Source: Acidimicrobiaceae bacterium | GTDB lineage: Bacteria; Actinomycetota; Acidimicrobiia; Acidimicrobiales; Ilumatobacteraceae | NCBI GenBank assembly: GCA_947450115.1 | Contig: CANFUE010000010.1 | Coordinates: 2,101 to 66,100, forward strand | Length of the DNA stretch: 64,000 nt | Direction: 5' to 3' | Shown here: positions 59,024 to 64,000 of the stretch, in pieces | How positions within the stretch are numbered: position 1 is the stretch's first letter | Layout of the letters: every line of letters begins with the position of its first letter | Position numbers and translations under genes: made by a program | Notes under the pieces: generated by a model | What the model was told of the DNA's origin: nothing | Database searches by the model: none | What the model saw: the letters and a program-made list of their open reading frames with translations, nothing else

Positions 59024-59644
59024 TTATTTCTGATGTGCAGTGCGCCGGTGGCGAATGAATTCAAACGCAATTGGCGCAATGGAGATTGCCACAATGGCGA
59101 GGCTGGCAACTTCAATGTTTTCTTTGACGAAATTCACTTCGCCAAGGAAGTAACCAAGCGTGGTGATTCCACCACCCCAGATGACTCCACCAATGATGTT
59201 GTAGAGAACAAATGTGCGGTACTTCATTTTTCCTACGCCAGCAACAATGGGTGCAAATGTGCGCACGACGGGAACAAAGCGAGCCAACACAATAGTTTTC
59301 GCTCCGTACTTTTCGAGAAAGCCGTGGGCCTTTTCTACATTGGCTGGGTTGAACACTCGTGATTTCGGACGGTCAAATAATGCGGGTCCAACACGACGAC
59401 CAAACCAGTATCCGGCTTGATCGCCAGCAATGGCGCAGACCATCGTGACGAGAGCAACAAAGGGGAGTGCCGGAAGAACATTGCTTCCCGCACTTGACGA
59501 TAAAAATCCGGCAATAAATAAGAGCGAGTCACCGGGTAAAAAGAATCCCACCAAGAGGCCAGACTCTGCAAAAACAATTGCTCCGAGCAAAGCTAGCCCG
59601 CCACTCTCCAACCAGTTTTGAATGTTGAAGAGGGCGAGCATCAC
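59024..59644 (-). CDS. DedA family membrane protein
   Basis: 206 aa with VFAESGLLVGFFLPGDSLLF and ARFVPVVRTF signature regions. Confidence 0.88.
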   Translation of the reverse strand: MMLALFNIQNWLESGGLALLGAIVFAESGLLVGFFLPGDSLLFIAGFLSSSAGSNVLPALPFVALVTMVCAIAGDQAGYWFGRRVGPALFDRPKSRVFNPANVEKAHGFLEKYGAKTIVLARFVPVVRTFAPIVAGVGKMKYRTFVLYNIIGGVIWGGGITTLGYFLGEVNFVKENIEVASLAIVAISIAPIAFEFIRHRRTAHQK

Positions 59645-59660
59645 TTAGCGGAATTCGGAT

Positions 59661-62030
59661 TTACTTCGCAGCAGTTGAGCTGGTAAGTGCTGGTGCTTTA
59701 CGGCTTGAGAAGGCGAGAGCGCCAATCAAGACGACAAGTGCTGCACCTGCAATGGCAAACCTGGCGCCATCGTTGTTACGCAAGCTGATAACAGCTGGTA
59801 AAACGAGGAGCGATACCAAGTTCATTACCTTGATCAGTGGGTTCAATGCAGGACCAGCTGTGTCTTTGAATGGGTCACCAACGGTGTCGCCAATAACTGC
59901 AGCTTTGTGAGCATCGCTGCCCTTGCCGCCGTGGTGTCCGTCTTCGATGTACTTCTTGGCATTGTCCCAAGCACCACCAGCATTGCTGAGGTAGTTCGCC
60001 ATGAGCTGGCCGGTCACAATTACTGCTGCAAGGAATGCACCAAGTGCGGAGTAGTTGATGCCGAATCCAACGATGACTGGTGTAAGTACTGCAAGAAGTG
60101 CAGGAGTAGTGAGCTCGCGCAATGACGCTGCAGTGCAAATGTCGATAACTGGGCCGTAGTCAGGCTTTTTAGTTCCTGCCATAATGCCACCGTCTGCAAA
60201 TTGGTTACGCACTTCTTGTACAACAACACCAGCAGTACGGCCAACGGCGCGAATAGCAAGTGCAGAGAAGAGGAATGCAACCGAACCACCAATGAGAAGA
60301 CCAATGAATGTCTTCACGTCGGCAACGTTGATTTGTGTTTCAATGGCTTTGAATACATCGCTGCCTTGAAGACGTTTACCAACAAAGTCAGCTGTCTTTC
60401 CGTAGAGCGCAAGGTTGTCTGCTTTGTATTTCAGTCCAAGTTCACCAGCAATGGTTTCAATGTATGAAGCAAAGAGTGCAACGGCTGCAATAACTGCTGA
60501 GCCGATTGCAAAGCCCTTTGTAACGGCTTTTGTGGTGTTACCCACTGCGTCCAGGCTCACCATGATGCGCTCTGGCTCACCATGGAACTCGCCGCTCATT
60601 TCTGCAATACCTGCAGCGTTGTCGGAAACTGGGCCGAATGTATCTTCTGAAACGATGACACCAGTTGTGGCGAGCATTCCCATGCCGCACAAAGCAACAA
60701 GGTAAAGCGAGAACTGCAAGTTGCCGCCACCAAGTAACAATGTTCCAGCAAGTGCAAGAGCAATTGCGATGACTGCATATACCGATGACTCAAGACCCGA
60801 AGCGGTTCCTGCAAGCACAACAGTTGCTGGGCCGGTTTGGGTTGCTTCAGCAATTTCTTTCACAGGCCCGTATTCAGTACCGGTGTAGTACTCGGTGAGA
60901 CGACTTACTGCTTGAGCAAGGATGAGCCCGATAAGAACTGCTCCAAAGACACGCCAACCAACGTTGGACATGAGCTTCGAGTCGTTGCCTACGTAGCCAA
61001 GTGCAAGGAGAAGTGTTCCGATAACTGTGATAATTCCAGCGGTAAGAAAGCCGCGGTTGATGGGCTTCAAGGCATTGGTTTCGCCTTCTTTTGCCTTCAC
61101 GGCAAAGATGCCGGCGATTGATGCAATTACACCAATGGCACGTGCTGCGAGTGGGAACACCAAGCCAAGTGCTGGGTTCATGCCAACCGACTTAAATGCA
61201 GCAACACCCAAGATGATTGAGGCAACAAGTGTTACTTCGTAGCTTTCGAACAAGTCGGCAGCCATACCAGCACAGTCACCTACGTTGTCACCGACGTTGT
61301 CGGCGATGGTGGCTGGGTTGCGTGGGTCGTCTTCAGGAATGCCTGCTTCAACTTTGCCCACAAGGTCTGCACCTACGTCGGCAGCCTTAGTAAAGATTCC
61401 TCCACCTACACGCAAGAAGAGCGCAAGGAGTGATCCACCAAAACCAAAGCCGATGAGCATTGCTGATGAGGTGTTTTGGAACACCGCAATAATGATTGTT
61501 GCACCGAGAAGACCAAGTCCAACGGTAAACATTCCTGCAATACCGCCTGTGCGGAATGCAATCTTCAATGCTTTTGGCATGGAGCCAGTTAACGCGGCAG
61601 CTGCTGTTCGCACGTTGCCTCGTGTTGCCAAGGTCATACCGATGTAACCGGTGAGACCAGAAGCAAAACATCCGAGGATGAAAGCAAGCGTACGGAATGT
61701 ACCTGAAGCGAAATAGCTCAGTTTTTCTACACCGAGTGCGTTATCGATTGACGCCGAGGTGAGGAACACCACGATGGCAACTGGGATAAGAATGATGGCA
61801 ATGGTGCGAAACTGACGCTTGAGGTATGCCCATGCGCCTTCTTGAATCGCCAATGCAATTTCTTTCATTTTTGGCGTACCTTCATCTTCGGCGAGTACCG
61901 ATTTCATGAGGTAAAAACCAACAGCAATAGCAAGTAACGCTGACAATGCTGAGAGAAGCAAAATGAGCCACTCTCCGCCATGCAGTGTGAAATCCTGCCA
62001 ACCGCCTTCAGATGCGAGAAGTCCTGTCAC
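59661..62030 (-). CDS. hppA: Membrane-bound proton-translocating pyrophosphatase, K+-independent type
   Basis: GDNVGDCAGMAADLFESY, DNAGGAWDNAKKYIE and GDTVGDPFKDTAGPALN. GNTTKAV carries the Lys diagnostic of K+-independent enzymes. Start set at GTG 62030, preceded by GAAAGG. The ORF-track start at 62300 adds 90 non-membrane residues. Confidence 0.93.
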   Translation of the reverse strand: MTGLLASEGGWQDFTLHGGEWLILLLSALSALLAIAVGFYLMKSVLAEDEGTPKMKEIALAIQEGAWAYLKRQFRTIAIILIPVAIVVFLTSASIDNALGVEKLSYFASGTFRTLAFILGCFASGLTGYIGMTLATRGNVRTAAAALTGSMPKALKIAFRTGGIAGMFTVGLGLLGATIIIAVFQNTSSAMLIGFGFGGSLLALFLRVGGGIFTKAADVGADLVGKVEAGIPEDDPRNPATIADNVGDNVGDCAGMAADLFESYEVTLVASIILGVAAFKSVGMNPALGLVFPLAARAIGVIASIAGIFAVKAKEGETNALKPINRGFLTAGIITVIGTLLLALGYVGNDSKLMSNVGWRVFGAVLIGLILAQAVSRLTEYYTGTEYGPVKEIAEATQTGPATVVLAGTASGLESSVYAVIAIALALAGTLLLGGGNLQFSLYLVALCGMGMLATTGVIVSEDTFGPVSDNAAGIAEMSGEFHGEPERIMVSLDAVGNTTKAVTKGFAIGSAVIAAVALFASYIETIAGELGLKYKADNLALYGKTADFVGKRLQGSDVFKAIETQINVADVKTFIGLLIGGSVAFLFSALAIRAVGRTAGVVVQEVRNQFADGGIMAGTKKPDYGPVIDICTAASLRELTTPALLAVLTPVIVGFGINYSALGAFLAAVIVTGQLMANYLSNAGGAWDNAKKYIEDGHHGGKGSDAHKAAVIGDTVGDPFKDTAGPALNPLIKVMNLVSLLVLPAVISLRNNDGARFAIAGAALVVLIGALAFSSRKAPALTSSTAAK

Positions 62031-62104
62031 GTGTGGTGACCTTTCATATGGAGGGGTAAGGCGAACCTTCCCCAGGGTTTGTTTCCGACCTTGAGAGTGT
62101 AGGT

Positions 62105-62183
62105 AACTCACCCACCTCAGGGCGAATATGGTCACAAACCAGCCCGATTTTGTTACTGATGGGTAACTGAGGCGGAGTGAATT
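62105..62183. repeat. Imperfect inverted repeat in the hppA/sdhC divergent spacer
   Basis: AACTCACCCACCTCAG (62105-62120) versus CTGAGGCGGAGTGAATT (62167-62183), about 12 of 16 pairable. GGTAACT precedes both arms as a direct repeat. Confidence 0.25.
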
Positions 62184-62293
62184 ATGACGACCTTTTTGAA
62201 GAAGTTCACTTGTGAGGGTCGTGGGGGCTACCGTTTTCAACGCAATAGCTCTTCTCGGCTTTCTGGGCGAGTTTTTTTGAAAGGCATCCTTCG

Positions 62294-63058
62294 ATGGCAC
62301 AAGTACTCGAATCGCAGCGCGGACCCGTGACGGGTACCGCTGTGGCGAAAAAGAAGCGTCGTCCGTTTTTGCTCGACCTCTACAGCACTGCTGTGGGCAA
62401 GAAGTATGTGATGGCGCTCACCGGAATTGGTCTCATTGGTTTTGTGGTGTTCCACATGATCGGAAACTTGAAGATGTACCTGGGTCAAGCAGACCTCGAC
62501 CACTACGCAGAATTCCTGAAAGCCCTGTTGTACCCCATCGCTCCAAAGGGCGTGGTGCTGTGGTTATTGCGTGGCGGCCTTCTCACCATGGCGGGGCTAC
62601 ACATTCATGCGGCCTACTCGTTGACGCAGTTGAATCACAAGGCACGCCCAGTGAAGTATCAAAGTGAGCGCGACTACCAAGTAGCAAATTTTGCTAGTCG
62701 TTCAATGCGCTACACCGGAGTCACAGTTTTGTTGTTCCTCATTTGGCACCTACTTGACCTCACATGGGGAGTCGTTAATACCGTCGGAGCCGATGGAAAA
62801 TTCATCAAGGCCGACGTGTACGACAACGTGGTGCGCAGTTTTGATCGCTGGCCAGTTGCCTTGTTTTACATTTTGGCCAACATCATGTTGGGCATCCATC
62901 TCTTTCACGGAGTATGGAGCCTTTTCCAGTCGATGGGCTGGAGTAACCCGCGCTTCAATGAATGGCGACGTTCCATTGCAGCAGGAATTGCAACCCTCGT
63001 AGTTGTAGGAAACGTTTCATTCCCCGTTGCGGTGCTTGCCGGCATCGTGGGCGGCTGA
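62294..63058 (+). CDS. sdhC: Succinate dehydrogenase cytochrome b subunit (b558 family, 5-TM)
   Basis: 254 aa with MALTGIGLIGFVVFHMIGNL and a further His-bearing helix (ANIMLGIHLFHG). Directly precedes sdhA. Confidence 0.85.
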   Translation: MAQVLESQRGPVTGTAVAKKKRRPFLLDLYSTAVGKKYVMALTGIGLIGFVVFHMIGNLKMYLGQADLDHYAEFLKALLYPIAPKGVVLWLLRGGLLTMAGLHIHAAYSLTQLNHKARPVKYQSERDYQVANFASRSMRYTGVTVLLFLIWHLLDLTWGVVNTVGADGKFIKADVYDNVVRSFDRWPVALFYILANIMLGIHLFHGVWSLFQSMGWSNPRFNEWRRSIAAGIATLVVVGNVSFPVAVLAGIVGG

Positions 63059-63082
63059 GAGAGCAGGACATAAGGAAAAATC

Positions 63083-64000
63083 ATGAGCACACAATTGAAC
63101 TCAAAAATCCCTGCTGGCCCACTTGGTGATAAGTGGTCCTCTTACAAAGAAGATGTGAAGTTGGTGAACCCCAACAATAAGCGCAAATTCAAAGTAATTG
63201 TGGTGGGAACTGGTCTTGCCGGAGCATCTGCCGCAGCAACGCTTGCCGAACTTGGTTACCAAGTAGACGCATTTACTTTTCACGACTCACCTCGCCGTGC
63301 GCACTCCATTGCGGCGCAAGGTGGAATCAACGCGGCAAAGAACTACCAGGGCGACGGCGACAGCGTGCATCGCTTGTTTCACGACACCATTAAAGGTGGC
63401 GACTTCCGCGCACGTGAAGCAAACGTACATCGTTTAGCGGAAGTCTCGGTCAACATCATCGACCAGATGGTTGCCCAAGGCGTTCCCTTTGCTCGTGAAT
63501 ACGGTGGCCTTCTCGATAACCGCTCATTTGGCGGTGCTCAAGTAAGCAGAACTTTTTATGCTCGTGGTCAAACGGGTCAGCAGTTGTTGCTGGGCGCATA
63601 TCAGCAACTTGCTCGCCAAATCGGTCTGGGTGGCGTGCGCCTGTTTAACCGTACTGAATTAGTTGATGTAGTAACAGTGGAAGGTCGCGCAGCAGGAATT
63701 GTTGTGCGCGACCTGACAACTGGTGAAGTTACTTCACACGCAGCACACGCTGTGGTGTTGGCAACTGGTGGCTACGGAAATGCATTTTTCTTGTCGACAA
63801 ATGCAATGTCGTGCAACGTCACTGCTGCCTGGCGTGCACACCGCAAGGGCGCATATTTTGCGAACCCTTGCTACACGCAAATTCACCCAACGTGCATTCC
63901 TCAAAGTGATGAGTTTCAGTCGAAGCTCACACTCATGTCAGAGTCACTGCGCAACGACGGTCGAGTATGGGTACCGAAAAATCCAGATGAGAAGCGTGGC
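63083..64000 (+). CDS. sdhA: Succinate dehydrogenase flavoprotein subunit, 3' end beyond window
   Basis: Hand-translated from ATG 63083, after TAAGGAAAAA. Has [12 protein letters not shown] (FAD GxGxxG) and [14 protein letters not shown] (covalent-FAD His). The frame is open to base 64000. Confidence 0.93.
   Translation, partial: MSTQLNSKIPAGPLGDKWSSYKEDVKLVNPNNKRKFKVIVVGTGLAGASAAATLAELGYQVDAFTFHDSPRRAHSIAAQGGINAAKNYQGDGDSVHRLFHDTIKGGDFRAREANVHRLAEVSVNIIDQMVAQGVPFAREYGGLLDNRSFGGAQVSRTFYARGQTGQQLLLGAYQQLARQIGLGGVRLFNRTELVDVVTVEGRAAGIVVRDLTTGEVTSHAAHAVVLATGGYGNAFFLSTNAMSCNVTAAWRAHRKGAYFANPCYTQIHPTCIPQSDEFQSKLTLMSESLRNDGRVWVPKNPDEKRG

Noticed and set aside
62031-62300. 90-codon N-terminal extension of the hppA ORF
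   Set aside because: It is hydrophilic, Arg/Ser/Pro-rich and unlike any PPase N-terminus. It would also consume the entire divergent promoter region up to the sdhC ATG. GTG 62030 behind GAAAGG gives a normal first TM helix.

Overview
Core chromosomal segment of an actinobacterium. Gene order follows the Mycobacterium/Streptomyces backbone: rplC..rplQ-truA, rplM-rpsI-glmM-glmS, acpS-nnr-alr-tsaE-tsaB-rimI-tsaD, groES-groEL, pcrA..sucCD-purH. It is very gene dense (about 75 CDS, no spacer above about 265 nt). Background GC is roughly 40-52% by hand counts of single 60-nt lines. Left to right: a 5'-truncated PhyH-type oxygenase; the S10-spc-alpha ribosomal superoperon, lacking rpsJ at its head and map between adk and infA; truA; a GT4 glycosyltransferase; rplM-rpsI-glmM; a 1141-aa GlmS-like protein; acpS, nnr, alr and the t6A genes; dus; maf; groES-groEL behind two CIRCE operators with a clean terminator; a small accessory islet (membrane protein, 55-aa ORF, NUDIX hydrolase, secreted phospholipase A2); ribD-ribBA-ribH behind an FMN riboswitch; guaA; an NlpC/P60 hydrolase; a kinase, a dienelactone hydrolase, an acyl-CoA synthetase and a yaaA-like gene; ferredoxin plus P450; pcrA/uvrD; an orphan B12-binding mutase domain; sucCD; purH; metF; an acyltransferase-SGNH protein; mdh; a 2OG-oxygenase/Fae-like pair; SCP2-DedA-H+-PPase; sdhC and a partial sdhA. 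I saw no rRNA, tRNA, CRISPR array, transposase, integrase or phage gene. There are three main leads. (1) The housekeeping-position GlmS homologue is nearly doubled in size by insertions and a 195-aa tail. (2) A translationally coupled Fe/2OG oxygenase and formaldehyde-activating-enzyme (Fae) homologue sit in a lineage not known for tetrahydromethanopterin chemistry. (3) Sharply bounded 0.4-0.7 kb GC-rich tracts (58-70%) with different codon usage straddle transcription-unit junctions and cut through single genes such as adk, maf/groES and yaaA. All product calls rest on motifs I recognise in the ORF-track translations. No database search was possible, and several start codons were re-chosen by eye.
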